Below are positions 23,735 through 36,546 of a DNA stretch of 64,000 nt, piece after piece (position 1 is the first letter of the stretch; each line of letters starts with the position of its first letter). Made by a program: the position numbers and the translations under genes. This DNA comes from Macrostomum hystrix (lineage: Eukaryota > Animalia > Platyhelminthes), in assembly GCA_950097015.1 (NCBI GenBank), contig CATNEN010000038.1:30814001-30878000 (forward strand), read 5' to 3'. The notes below the pieces were generated by a model. The model searched no databases. It worked only from the letters and a program-made list of their open reading frames with translations, and had not been told where the DNA came from.

Positions 23735-24983
23735 CACCGAAAATCCACGCGGTGACTTCCCCGAAAATCCACTGTGACTTCCCCCAAAATCCATTGTGGC
23801 TTCCCCGAAAATCCACGGTGGCTTCCCCGAAAATCCACGGTGGCTTGCCCGAAAATCCATTGTGGCTTCCCCGAAAATCCATGGTGACTTCCCCGAAAAT
23901 CCATGGTGACTTCCCCGAAAATCCATGGTGACTTCCGTGAAAAAACAATGGTGAATTCCCCGAAAATCCGCGGTGACTTCCCTAAGTATCCATTGTGACT
24001 TCAATGAAAAATCCATGGTGGCTTGCCCGAAAATCCATCTTGGCTTCCTTGAAAATCCATGCTTGCATCCTTTTAAAATCTCCTTGGTTTCATCCTTTTA
24101 AAATCTCCTTGGTTTCATCCTTTTAAAATCTCCTTGGTTTCATACACACAAAATCCATGATTTCATCCACACAAAATCCATGATTTCATCCACACAAAAT
24201 CCGTGCTTTCATCCACACAAAGTCCATGATTTCATCCACACAAAATCCGTGCTTTCATCCACACAAAATCCATGATTTCATCCACACAAAATCCATGATT
24301 TCATCCACACAAAATCCATACTTTCATCCACACAAAATCCATGATTTCATCCACACAAAATCCGTGCTTTCATCCACACAAAATCCATGATTTCATCCAC
24401 ACAAAATCCATGATTTCATCTACACAAAATCCATGCTTTCATCCACACAAAATCCATGCTTTCATCCACACAAAATCCATGATTTCATCCACACAAAATT
24501 CATGCTTTCATCCATACAAAATCCATGATTTCATCCACGCAAAATCCATGATTTCATCCACACAAAATCCGTGCTTTCATCCACACAAAATCCATGATTT
24601 CATCCACACAAAATCCGTGCTTTCATCCACACAAAATCCATGATTTCATCCACACAAAATCTATGATTTCATCCACACAAAATCCATGCTTTCATCCATA
24701 CAAAATCCATGATTTCATCCACACAAAATCCATGATTTCATTCACACAAAATCCGTGATTTCATCCACACAAAATCCATGATTTCATCTACACAAAATCC
24801 ATGCTTTCATCCACACAAAATCCATGCTTTCATCCACACAAAATCCATGCTTTCATCCATACAAAATCCATGATTTCATCCACACAAAACCCATGATTTC
24901 ATCCACACAAAATCCGTGCTTTCATCCACACAAAATCCATGCTTTCATCCACACAAAATCCATGCTTTCATCCATACAAAATC
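23735..24983. repeat. Compound minisatellite: 22-bp (CCATGGTGACTTCCCCGAAAAT)n grading into 23-bp (TTCATCCACACAAAATCCATGAT)n
   Basis: Tandem copies visible; unit switch at ~24050-24140; array interrupted at 24984. Confidence 0.95.
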
Positions 24984-27296
24984 TGAAGCGGGTGCGGGTT
25001 TTGCAATCCGATGACCTGTCCTCAAGAGAGAAAGGGAGTGTGGGAATGGCGATAGAGTCAGAAGTCGTACCGCAAAGCCTCGCGATTCGTCGCGGGAAGA
25101 GGGATGAAGGGAGAGATGAAGGGAGAGACAGTGGATGCAGGGAGTGGTCCTCTCGGCCTCAGCCTGGCCAGTCCCACTCAACCCATAGGCCACAGGCATG
25201 ACTGCCGTGCCTACCCCAAGCAGTGCTCGAAACCGGCTAAAGTCTAAAGAGATATCGGACTACCCGCAAGCAGGTAGGACAGGGCTAGATAGCCTACTGT
25301 CATCAGTAGCATGTACATAACTGACTCCTAACTGTGGTAGCAGTGGTCGATTCGGCCCAGGCTCTTGTCTTAGAAATGCGGAAAGGCTATTGGCAAAGCG
25401 GAAAATGATCTAGGGTAGCGCCACCACCCAATGCGCCTACGTTGCCACCGCAGACATTTGGGAACTTGGGTCCCCGGAGTTCACAGCTCCTAGTTTGTCA
25501 CACAGATCTCAGACAAGCCGAAAAATAGGGCATTCTGTAACTTCCGTTTTAGACTAGGGCGAAGACCCCAGAATGAATCGAGACACGCCTCAACAGGGGA
25601 TTCCTGAAACTGCGCTACAGTGGTCTAGAAAGGTGGTACTCCGAACCCGAATGAGAAACCCATAGCCAGAATCCTACTCCTGGAACATCAAACACATTCC
25701 TTACATTAGATTACAGCCTACACATTAAATAACTAGCAAATCCGAATCTGCGTGAGATGAGGAGATCAGAGGCAGGAGAGGTTAAGCAGAACACTGGCTG
25801 AGTGATTATGCAAGCGATAATTATTAGATCACGCCTCTCGCTCCCATGGCCGTAGTTGCGAGGGCGGGGAAAAGGAGGAGACTTCTATTGACAAAGGAGT
25901 TTGACGCGTACACTGGAATCCGCCAGTGAGAGAGGAAAACCGGCCAAGGAATTCCCCGCCCCTAAGCAGCAATGCACACGCTACATTCCGCATTTTACTC
26001 GCAAATCCCTAGCTCCTTATTACTCTCATGCGCGCTCACAGTTGTCCTCCTGCCGCAGCTTTCAGCTCGGCATCACCAGAGCCCACCCCTAATGAATTAG
26101 CCGCTCATGATTGAGGGCTGTCTAATAGGAAAATAAAGAGAAGAGAATAGCATGATAAGGAAAGATTTAGTTGTTATAAAATTGGCCTAATTATTAAAAA
26201 CGGCAGTCAGTTAATAAATGGTTTATTAGGCTAAAATACCGCCCTTGCCCCGATTGCCCCACTAGCTAAATAATAAATCCCTTAGGGATAACAATTAGTG
26301 TCCGCTGCGCGGGTTACTTATCTGATGCTGGCTGACTTTGCTGCAGGCCGTCGCTCTCGCAGGGATGGGCAAATAAAGGGGGAACGAGACAAGGAGTTGC
26401 TAAACACAGCTGGCAAGGGGCCAGGCTGCAAGGAGCTCGATGCTCAATTGGAGCTCACCCAAGGAGGTGGCTTATGCTTACGGGATCTAACAGGTAATTA
26501 CCTGTAGCTATGCTCTGAAGCCTTAGGCTCAGGGGCTAAGTGCTAGACTAGAAGGGGGAGAGTCCACGGACCGAGTTCCGGGACCGGACAGGGGGAGGAG
26601 GTCCAAAGGGAAGTTTGCTCCAGGGAAGGTTCGAGGAAAGGGTCCGAGGGAAGGTTGCTCTAGGGGCAGCGCAGCGCGCTTTCTTAAATAGTCCTGCAGC
26701 TCCGTCAACCCCGCATTCATCAAAGCAACCCACATGCTCGCCAGCCTGTCAGCGAGGAATCGGGTCGGCATTATGCCACCCCAATTGCCCACCGAAGCGG
26801 CGGCGAGAATCGCCAGATGCCCCACTAGGAGCGTCTGCCGGCAGTCGGCCAATGATTGTGATCCCGCCGGGATATGGGAAGCGCAGGCGCCGACCTGCCT
26901 ATAGTGTCGTTACATGTATCTAAAGGGGGAAAGGTCATAATCGAGCTTCGGCTCGGGTTACAGTAAAGAAAAAGGGACATGAAGAATTAATGCTCACTCT
27001 AGACGCATGAGTGATCCCTACAATCTGATCGCGGTTTGGAGGGGAATTATGACCTAAACTAGTCCATACAGTATTGCTATGGCCGCGATCAGTCACTTCT
27101 ACAGGAGACTAGACAGATCCGAGGCAAGGGGAATCGGCGGCTACTTAATTCACCTCCGCCCCAAACCTGGCCCTAAGATTAATGATTGTGTTCTGCGGCC
27201 AGCTGCTATGTGGGTCGCGATTATTTGGCTACTAAAAATTGGAAAAATTCCGCTGGCTCACATTCCCGCTCGATTCCCGCAGCACACTCCACATCA
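24984..27296. mobile_element. 2313-bp insertion with TG...CA ends and 4-bp TSD (AATC); probable solo LTR of a Ty3/Gypsy-type retrotransposon
   Basis: Begins TGAAGCGG and ends CCACATCA (imperfect 8-bp inverted termini). AATC at 24980-24983 and 27297-27300. The satellite resumes in register afterwards. No credible coding capacity. Confidence 0.75.
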
Positions 27297-27720
27297 AATC
27301 CATGATTTCATCCACACAAAATCCGTGCTTTCATCCACACAAAATCCATGATTTCATCCACACAAAATCCGTGCTTTCATCCACACAAAATCCATGATTT
27401 CATCCACACAAAATCCATGATTTCATCCATACAAAATCCATGATTTCATCCACACAAAATCCGTGCTTTCATCCACACAAAATCCATGATTTCATCCATA
27501 CAAAATCCATGATTTCATCCACACAAAATCCATGATTTTCATCCACACAAAATCCATGATTTCATCCACACAAAATCCATGATTTCATTCACACAAAATC
27601 CATGATTTCATCCACACAAAATCCATGATTTCATCCACACAAAATCCATGATTTCATCCATACAAAATCCATGATTTCATCCACACAAAATCCATGATTT
27701 CATCTATACAAAATCAATCC
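27297..27720. repeat. Continuation of the 23-bp minisatellite after the insertion
   Basis: Same unit as 24140-24983. Confidence 0.95.
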
Positions 27721-28314
27721 GTGCTACCACCCTAAATCTATATGGTGGGTGACACCCCTTACATCATGGCATACCTCTTCCAGCCTGCAGCCTCCCTAAC
27801 AGAGAATACCGGCTATACTTACTGTACCTTCGACAGTTTTGATTGGCTAATAGAGTCTAGCGCAGTCAATGATTTGTTACAGTCGAGTCTTTTGCCCCTG
27901 TGCATTACAAACTCTTAAAGTGTTATGCTATATTAACATACAAAAAAGAAATGAAAAACCACAGTTGTTTGAGTGAAATTGTTTACGTTAATTTTAATCC
28001 AGCACTAGTCTTTGATTCTTTATGTCTCTATATCGAACGACAGTGCACATAAGCTATAGTTTGTGATTTTCGAGTCGAAAGCTATGATAATAGAATTTTT
28101 CAGAAATTCTGAGTCTGTGATTTCCCCGAGGTATATGTCGGACCTGAAACTTAAGGCGTAGATGGAACGAAGCTTAAAAAATATACTTAAAAAAGTCGGC
28201 TTATCTTACTAACAAAAAAACAAAGACGACTCTAACAAGCATTTTAATCCAACTGATAGAGGAATACCATTGGTGAGCATCAGGTCAGATGGTGAGGAGT
28301 TTGCATGGTCGTTC

Positions 28315-29570
28315 CTCATCCGATTGTGTGTGGGCGTTGGTCATCCGATTGCGTGTGTGGGCGTTGGTCATCCGATTGCGTGTGTGGGCGTTGGTCATCC
28401 GATTGCGTGTGTGGGCGTTGGTCATCCGATTGCGTGTGTGGGCGTTGGTCATCCGATTGCGTGTGTGGGCGTTGGTCATCCGATTGCGTGTGTGGGCGTT
28501 GGTCATCCGATTACGTGTGTGGGCGTTGGTCATCCGATTGTGTGTGGGGGTGTTGGTCATCCGATTGTGTGTGTGGGTGTTGGTCATCCGATTGTGTGTG
28601 TGGGTGTTGGTCATCCGATTGTGTGTGGGTGTTGGTCATCCGATTGTGTGTGTGGGTGTTGGTCATCCGATTGCGTGTGTGGGCGTTGTTCATCCGATTG
28701 TGTGTGTGGGTGTTGGTCATCCGATTGCGTGTGTGGGCGTTGGTCATCCGATTGCGTGTGTGGGCGTTGGTCATCCGATTGTGTGTGTGGGTGTTGGTCA
28801 TCCGATTGTGTGTGTGGGTGTTGGTCATCCGATTGTGTGTGTGGGTGTTGGTCATCCGATTGTGTGTGTGGGTGTTGGTCATCCGATTGCGTGTGTGGGC
28901 GTTGGTCATCCGATTGTGTGTGTGGGTGTTGGTCATCCGATTGCGTGTGTGGGCGTTGGTCATCCGATTGCGTGTGTGGGCGTTGGTCATCCGATTGTGT
29001 GTGTGGGTGTTGGTCATCCGATTGTGTGTGTGGGTGTTGGTCATCCGATTGTGTGTGTGGGTGTTGGTCATCCGATTGTGTGTGTGGGTGTTGGTCATCC
29101 GATTGTGTGTGTGGGTGTTGGTCATCCGATTGTGTGTGTGGGTGTTGGTCATCCGATTGTGTGTGTGGGTGTTGGTCATCCGATTGTGTGTGGGTGTTGG
29201 TCATCCGATTGTGTGCGTGGGTGTTGGTCATCCGATTGTGTGTGTGCATGGGTGTACTTGGTCATCCGATTGTGTACGTGCATGGGTGTACTCGGTCATC
29301 CGATTGTGTGTGTGCATGGGTGTACTTGGTCATCCGATTGTGTGTGGGTGTACTTGGTCATCCGATTGTGTGTGGGTGTACTTGGTCATCCGATTGTGTG
29401 TGGGTGTACTTGGTCATCCGATTGTGTGTGGGTGTACTTGGTCATCCGATTGTGTGTGGGTGTACTTGGTCATCCGATTGTGTGTGGGTGTACTTGGTCA
29501 TCCGATTGTGTGTGGGTGTTGGTCATCCGATTGTGTGTGGGTGTTGGTCATCCGATTGTGTGTGTGGGTG
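28315..29570. repeat. 27-bp minisatellite (GGTCATCCGATTGYGTGTGTGGGYGTT)n with length variants
   Basis: About 46 copies; largely stop-free, giving spurious 200-480 aa ORFs. Confidence 0.95.
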
Positions 29571-29574
29571 TTTA

Positions 29575-30290
29575 CGAATGTTTGGGTCGGAGACCAAATT
29601 TGGAAACCTGCTTTGTCAAACTGATGAAACCGTCAACCGCATCATCTACCCCTAGAGTACCATCCCCCAACAATAATCACATTTGCGAATATGAAGTCCT
29701 CAACCGACCCTTCGTCATTTAGAAGACAGAGACCAGTTCGCTTCCGAGGAGTTTCTTTACAATTAACACTCCAATGTCCACGGACCCTAACAAATGGATC
29801 GACTTTATTGGCTTCACGTCGACTCAAGCAGGGGACTCGTGGAGATTGTTCCTAGGAAAGAGCTTCGTCTGGAAGGAGTAACACTAGTTGGCCGCTTGCC
29901 GTCCGTTGTCTGAAAGGACAACTCGCTGAACCTTCGCTGACTGCAGACCTAGCATCGCCAGTTGGAATGCGACCAGTCCCTGTTCCCGGGGTTTGGGTTG
30001 TCGTGATCTGTTCAAGAAAGCGCAATGAGCCGCTTCATGAATTTTCGGACCTTTACTCCACTCCGGACTCACTCATTCTGTCCCGGACGGACTAATCCCA
30101 GTCAGATACTGCGTGGGCTTGTCCTACAGTTAGTGATAACCGGGCACATTGCTTAGGCTTTTCGCCTAAGCCCGTGTGGGGTTCCTGCGTGGTGTGTTGT
30201 GCGTTGGCTCGTCTTGTCTGATTGGTCTAAATGTACATGGCGTCGGCCGGCCTTTCACCCGCTTGGGGGTGGGGCTGGCTTTAGCCTATT
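29575..30290 (+). other. Unclassified relic: disrupted reading frame (to TAA 29879-29881) followed by a GC-rich, hairpin-rich segment
   Basis: About 100 codons with two in-frame TAG and one frameshift in a C run; hairpins at 29905-29922, 30151-30171 and 30245-30280. Confidence 0.35.
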
Positions 30291-31076
30291 TTATTATTCA
30301 TCGTGCTCATCACTGCCCTGCTCGTATATATTGAATCGTTATGCCAAATGAACTCGTGCGTACTTTCTGACAATCTAAATTTCGCCGGCTCTTACACCCG
30401 ATTCCTGGTATTTAGTTAATCTCATCATGCAGCCTCATATGTGTAAATCGCAGGCTCTAAGCATTGCTTCGGGTAGGCACTACAATTCTTTCCGCCTGTG
30501 GCCTATAGGACGAGCACAATTATACATTTGTTGTATAATTGTTCTGCAGATGCAAGAAAAAAACACAATTAAAACAGGCCAGATTAAAAAGGGTAAAGCT
30601 GTTTTTCTAGGATGACCTGCAGGATTATACAGGATTATACAGGAGTATAATCCATTTCTCTTTCTAGTAATACCATTCCACAGGAAGACTACGTAAGAAG
30701 TCTAAGAATACTCCTAGTGGTCCTTAGGTGATAATGGATTTCTGTTACTCGTGATATTATATGTAACACCGTCAGATGTCGTTAAGTTCCTTAGCACTAT
30801 AATAAACCATTCTGCAAAGTTTAAACAGGTGGAAAACGCAAGATAGTTTTCCGTAAATTTTTATTTATATACTTTTAATTAGAAATAAAATAAGGTGATA
30901 AACTCACAAAAAACGATTTTTAGTTATCGCTTTTGAGTTGCATAAATAGTTGATATTTTTTTCCTTTAACGTTATGCACAATAACAATTTGAAATAACAA
31001 TTTCAACTTAAACAACTAAACGCAACTTCGTGCCTCTGACAAGTGACACTTTGACAGATTCATTCTCAAAGAAAAA

Positions 31077-34000
31077 ATGAAGTTTAAGTTCAAGGAAGAC
31101 AATAACTTTGGTAAGTAATAATGGCGTGTAATTTTTACACCTCTGCTATGTCATAATGCCTTTTTGATATATAACAGCTGTATTTCACTGATCTCAGCAT
31201 TAATTGGTTATAATTTTGGGCCTGGCTAAGTAACATAATAAATACCATAGGAAATATGCATTCGAATATTCTATTAGCGATTGTAGTATTTAGTAAACAT
31301 TTTTTACTTTACTGTCTCAGTTTTTTATTCATTAAAGTAAGGTCAATAACAATATAATGACTATTAAACGTTTTTTTGTTGCTGAGTTCTAATTACAACT
31401 GGGTAATGTTATTAATACGCCTTTCTTTTTATGTTTATTTGGGCTGGATTCGGCTGAGTGTTTGTTGTCCTGAGATGTGATCAACATTTTAGAGTCAATC
31501 ATTTACACAACCATAGACCAACATTGGCTCACATCTAACATCAGGAAGCTATTCAAACTGATGATCAGAGCTAGGTGGTAATGGTACAACTATTAAGGCA
31601 GTGGGCACACTGTGTGGATGTCAAATGTCAATATTCATATGACATTTACTTAATTGTTTTAAAAGTTTTTTGTTATTAGCTAATAAATATTTAGCTATGT
31701 TGACATATGCTGTAGCTAGACAATCCCCTGGTGCACAGAGGCTAGGTCTGGGTGACCAGGCAGACTCTGTGGATGACTTAGTGCACCTACTCTACCAAAT
31801 GGCAAATGGCCTAGGCCTATTCAGCTCTAAACCTATTTGAGGTTTCAACAACAAGTACTGTCAACATAGTACGTCGTATTATCTGGATGAAACAATATCT
31901 AATTTCACAATAGAAACCAGACCATAGTATTCTGAATATGCTTAGCAAAGCCAATAAAAATATATTCCAAGTCTCATTCTTTTTTCCCAAAGAGTTGTTA
32001 TGTATAGACCTGGCCTAAATATTTAACCTGAAAATTTACTTGTTTATGAACTTATTAAGCAAGTGCTAAATTGTTGATTTTGTATAAAATATTTCAGCAG
32101 AAAAAAATGATGAATGCTTTTTTTTCAAACCCCAAAATTCGACATGTTTTATTGTCTGATTTCTGACAAGGTAAGCAGGTTAGATTGTCAAATATCTGAA
32201 ATAGCTAATAATTTTTATTTTTTTGTTGTGAAATTAACTGCACATTTGATCTAAACTTTATTAAAAATACTATTGAAAACTAGTTGAATTTCGGTAAATT
32301 ATTGTTATTGTTAATTTTAAGTAATTTAGAGCTGTTAAATTAAATCCATAAAAATAATAATACTTTGTTCTTAGATAACACTTATATCTCAAATTAATTG
32401 TTCACGTTTTAATTAAAATACTTTTTTTTATCTTTAGACCAGAGGCTAAAGGATTCACGGAAAATTAGAGAGAAATATCCAGAACGAATTCCAGTAAGTT
32501 GATTTTTTAACCTTAATTCGTTTAAGTATCCTCAATCACTAATCGATAATTGATCTCTCCCCCCAATATAGGTCATCGTGGAGCGCGTGTCAAACTCACA
32601 AATAACAGACATCGATAAGCACAAATTCCTTGTGCCACACGACATCAGCATGGCGCAGTTCATGTGGATCATTCGCAAGCGAATTCAGCTGCAGCCAGAG
32701 CGTGCCCTGTTTCTGTTTGTTGGCAAGACCATCCCGCAGTCCAGGTTTGTTGCGATGAAATAATCATAGAAATTGCTTGCAAAGTGCAATGAGTCGATTG
32801 CTTTTTTTAAGAAAATAATAGAAAATAAAAGATCCTTTAGGTTATCCACTTTCTACTTCACGCTCCCTAACCCAATGACTGATTTTCGTGAAAGTCCACC
32901 ATCTGGATCAAGATATTCGACCCTCTGCGATTAACTAACTTTCAAAGCCATCCGACGTCAGCATATTCAGCGACTCTTGTCGAATATCCTGCTGTCAAGG
33001 ATGCTTGTATTGGTGTTTTTGCGCAAGACACCCTGACAATCGTTGAATATCTCGACCATGCCTAATGCTTTGTAATTGCGAAAGTGTTTAACTGCATTAC
33101 GTAATGGGTCTAATTGGGTCTAATTAAGTAATAGAACTAGTGCAACACGCTCCAGAGCAAATCATTGTTAATTGAATTGACCCGTTGAATGCATTTTAAA
33201 AAAGTGTTTTATTTTCATGCAAATTAGCTTGAAATTTGACTGCGAAGAGGGTCAACTGCCACCCCCCTAAAGTCACATTCTTTAGATAATATTTTCAATC
33301 GTATATCACTTGTGATCCCCATTTGGTCTGTCAGTTATGATCCCCATTTGTATCTATGAGTTGTGATCCCCATTTGTTCTGTCAGTTATGATCCCCATTT
33401 GTATCTATGAGTTGTGATCCCCATTTGGTCTGTCAGTTATGATCCCCATTTGGTATGTCAGTTATGATCCCCATTTGGTCTATCAGTTGTGATCCCCATT
33501 TGTATCTATCAGTTGTGATCCCCATTTTGTCTGTCAGTTATGATCCCCATTTGTATCTATGAGTTGTGATCCCCATTTGTTCTGTCAGTTATGATCCCCA
33601 TTTGTATCTATGAGTTGTGATCCCCATTTGGTCTGTCAGTTATGATCCCCATTTGGTATGTCAGTTATGATCCCCATTTGTATCTATGAGTTGTGATCCC
33701 CATTTGGTCTGTCAGTTATGATCCCATTTGGTCTGTCAGTTATGATCCCCATTTGTATCTAGGAGTTGTGATCCCCATTTGTTCTGTCCGTTATATTCTC
33801 AATCGTATATCACTTGTGATCCCCATTTGGTCTGTCAGTTATGATCCCCATTTGGTCTATCAGTTGTGATCCCCATTTGTATCTATCAGTTGTGATCCCC
33901 ATTTGGTCTATCAGTTGTGATCCCCATTTGTATCTATCAGTTGTGATCCCCATTTTGTCTATCAGTTGTGATCCCCATTTGGTCTATCAGTTGTGATCCC

Positions 34001-34638
34001 CATTTGTATCTATCAGTTGTGATCCCCATTTGGTCTATCAGTTGTGATCCCCATTTGGTCTGTCAGTTATGATCCCCATTTGGTCTATCAGTTGTGATCC
34101 CCATTTGTATCTATCAGTTGTGATCCCCATTCGGTCTGTCAGTTATGATCCCCATTTGGTCTGTCAGTTATGATCCCCATTTGGTCTGTCAGTTATGATC
34201 CCCATTTGGTCTATCAGTTGTGATCCCCATTTGTATCTATCAGTTGTGATTCCCATTTGGTCTATCAGTTGTGATCCCTATTTGTATCTATCAGTTGTGA
34301 TCCCCATTTGTATCTGTCAGTTATGATCCCCATTTGTATCTATGAGTTGTGATCCCCATTTGTATCTATCAGTTATGATCCCGATTTGTATCTATGACTT
34401 GTGATCCCCATTTGGTCTGTCAGTTATTATCCCCATTTGTAACTATGACTTGTGATCCCCATTTGTATCCCCAATTAGAACTTTTTTGCAGGAAATGACT
34501 AGCTTATTCCATTATCTAATTATCCCCACAAATATCTTCAGCGCCACAATGGGCCAAATCTACCAGGAGCATCAAGATGAGGATGGCTTTCTCTATATCG
34601 CCTACAGCGGAGAGAACACTTTTGGCTGGCTATGCTAA
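31077..34638 (+). CDS. GABARAPL2: Autophagy ubiquitin-like protein ATG8, GABARAPL2/GATE-16 type, 4 exons, 119 aa
   Basis: Exons 31077-31110, 32438-32493, 32572-32744 and 34542-34638: MKFKFKED...[33 protein letters not shown]...[13 protein letters not shown]...[20 protein letters not shown]. The conjugation Gly is followed by a 3-aa extension. Confidence 0.96.
32885..33060 (+). repeat. Unclassified interspersed repeat; second copy in opposite orientation at 63870-64000
   Basis: GAAAGTCCACCATCT...AACTAACTTTCAAAGCCATCCGACGTCAGCAT...CTTGTCGAA aligns to the reverse complement of the window end. Confidence 0.75.
33308..34470. repeat. 25-bp minisatellite (GATCCCCATTTGGTCTATCAGTTGT)n in ATG8 intron 3
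   Basis: About 46 tandem copies. Confidence 0.95.
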
Positions 34639-36546
34639 CTCAAACGATTACTAAGTTTTGATCGATTGATTCATTTGTTTCTTACAATATTTTATTGGCT
34701 GTTTGTGCGTGTCCGTACCCAATATATATTTGTCGTCAGACACTGTACTTGGACAATGTTTAAATTTACATAGTACGGAGAAGACAGCTGCACTGACTGA
34801 TAAACAAAAATACTGTATATATTACTATTAAGAATTTTTATGTACTGCTTAATCGCATTCATTATCCATGAAATGCGTAAGAAAGAGAAAACAGTAGTAT
34901 GTTCTGTTTTTAAAAGATTTTAAAATTTTGCTATAGAAATGACTAAAATACCAAAATACTACTACCGCAGTCGGCTGTCACTCGCCTCCTTCTATATTTA
35001 TAGTAGTCCTACTATAGCCACGTGTCCTAGAAAGCTTCTCACAGTTTTACCATTTTTAAAGCAAATTTTATTCAGACTGCCAGCTCACACTTCATGTTAT
35101 CAGCAAAGCCTTCAGCAGTGAAACTGTAACAGTGCACAGCTGTTCATCACAATGATAAGAACATGCGTACATTTTCGCAATCGTTTTTTATAATAAACCT
35201 TTTCAAGTGTTGTAATAAAGCTGACAATAGTTAGTACATGATATAACAGTAGTATCATACGCCGGTATATAAAATAAAAGATTTTTTTCTGTGTAGAAGT
35301 CATTAAAATTTTCCTTAAAAGATTCAAATTTTAGGTTCAATTATTTGTGCTGAAAATGGACTCTTAATAGCATAACTCACGAGAAGTATTTTATATCATT
35401 TCCAAATTAACAATAAGTTCATTAGTTCAACTTGAAGTTGCTTAATAAAATTTTTCAGCATGAAATCATAAAGATAGTAAAGGACAGAGCGCCTGCAAAA
35501 CAGGCGTAAATATTTCTACTGTAAACCCATATGAGATGACTCTACGGGCGCTCTGTCGCTTTTTTGCAATTTAAGCAAGTCAGGAAACAAATTTTCCTGT
35601 CTATTGCGTAATAATATTACAATTATATATAGAATCAATAGCAAAGTAAGACTACTAACAACACTAATAAAACTTTATGGTAACTAAAAAATCAATTGGA
35701 ATGTTCAAAAAAGTAAACGAGTGCTTGGAATATCTGGTCGCAACACATCAACTCGGTGGACGATTTTGATTGGTCAACAAGATTTAGGCGACTTGCTATT
35801 TTTAGAAAAAAAAACGCATGGCTTACTTTTTTTACCAACACGCGGCACGTGACTAACCTAAGCCAATGAAATTAATGCGTTGCGTCCGCGTTAAAAAAAG
35901 TCTTTAATTTCTTAGCAAATAATTACTAAATAGCAATTAATAATGACAAAAACGTTTTATACATCTGTAGCATATCATACAATGTGCCAAATGGTAAAAC
36001 ATACCTTGAGAGAAAAACACGGGAGACAATGAAAATTTTACACAAGCTAAGAAGCGATCATTAAAGTTCGTACAAAAAATACGTACAAAAGTACAAACGG
36101 AATGGTTGATATAGGAATGTTGGCTTATTCAATTAGTAAATAAGTTTCATTTGAAGATGAATAAGCACAGCTTCATGAATATTAATTGATAAAAAAAAAA
36201 CTAATAGAACGATAAAAATGTGGAATGGCTTTTAAAATTAGTGCCAGCACTGCACTAATAGATGTACACAACAATGGCGACAGAGAAACAAAATTAATTA
36301 GAATATTTTTAACTATGCTATGAAAACAGTTTTAAGTACACAGTGCCCTAAGGTTCGCAAGGGTTACTATCAAAATTACAATTCTGACAGTAAATATACG
36401 ATACAAAGATTGTGGCGCCTTCGTCAGATACAAAATATACTTCAGAAGACACAGAAAATAAAGATAGACAAAAATATTAAAATTAAAACAATATGTGTAA
36501 ACTTTTCTCTTGTTGGCCCTAGCCAAAAAAGTTGAAATCCGTAATA

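Noticed and set aside
25270-25310. Hammerhead-like CTGATGA plus hairpin on the minus strand of the LTR-like insertion
   Set aside because: No GAAA follows the stem and no stems I/III can be built.
28270-29722. Long repetitive ORFs (also 7171-8803, 24341-25201, 38682-39264, 40224-41682, 44296-47444, 55160-56196, 57825-58613) as proteins
   Set aside because: They are translations of stop-poor tandem repeats, open in several frames and strands at once, and many lie within introns of reconstructed genes.
29770-30130. Telomerase RNA (ACCCTAAC template-like 8-mer, possible pseudoknot, ACA near 30126)
   Set aside because: The template-like stretch would lie inside the pseudoknot loop, and there is no U-rich triple-helix strand or clear H box; an 8-mer match is expected by chance.
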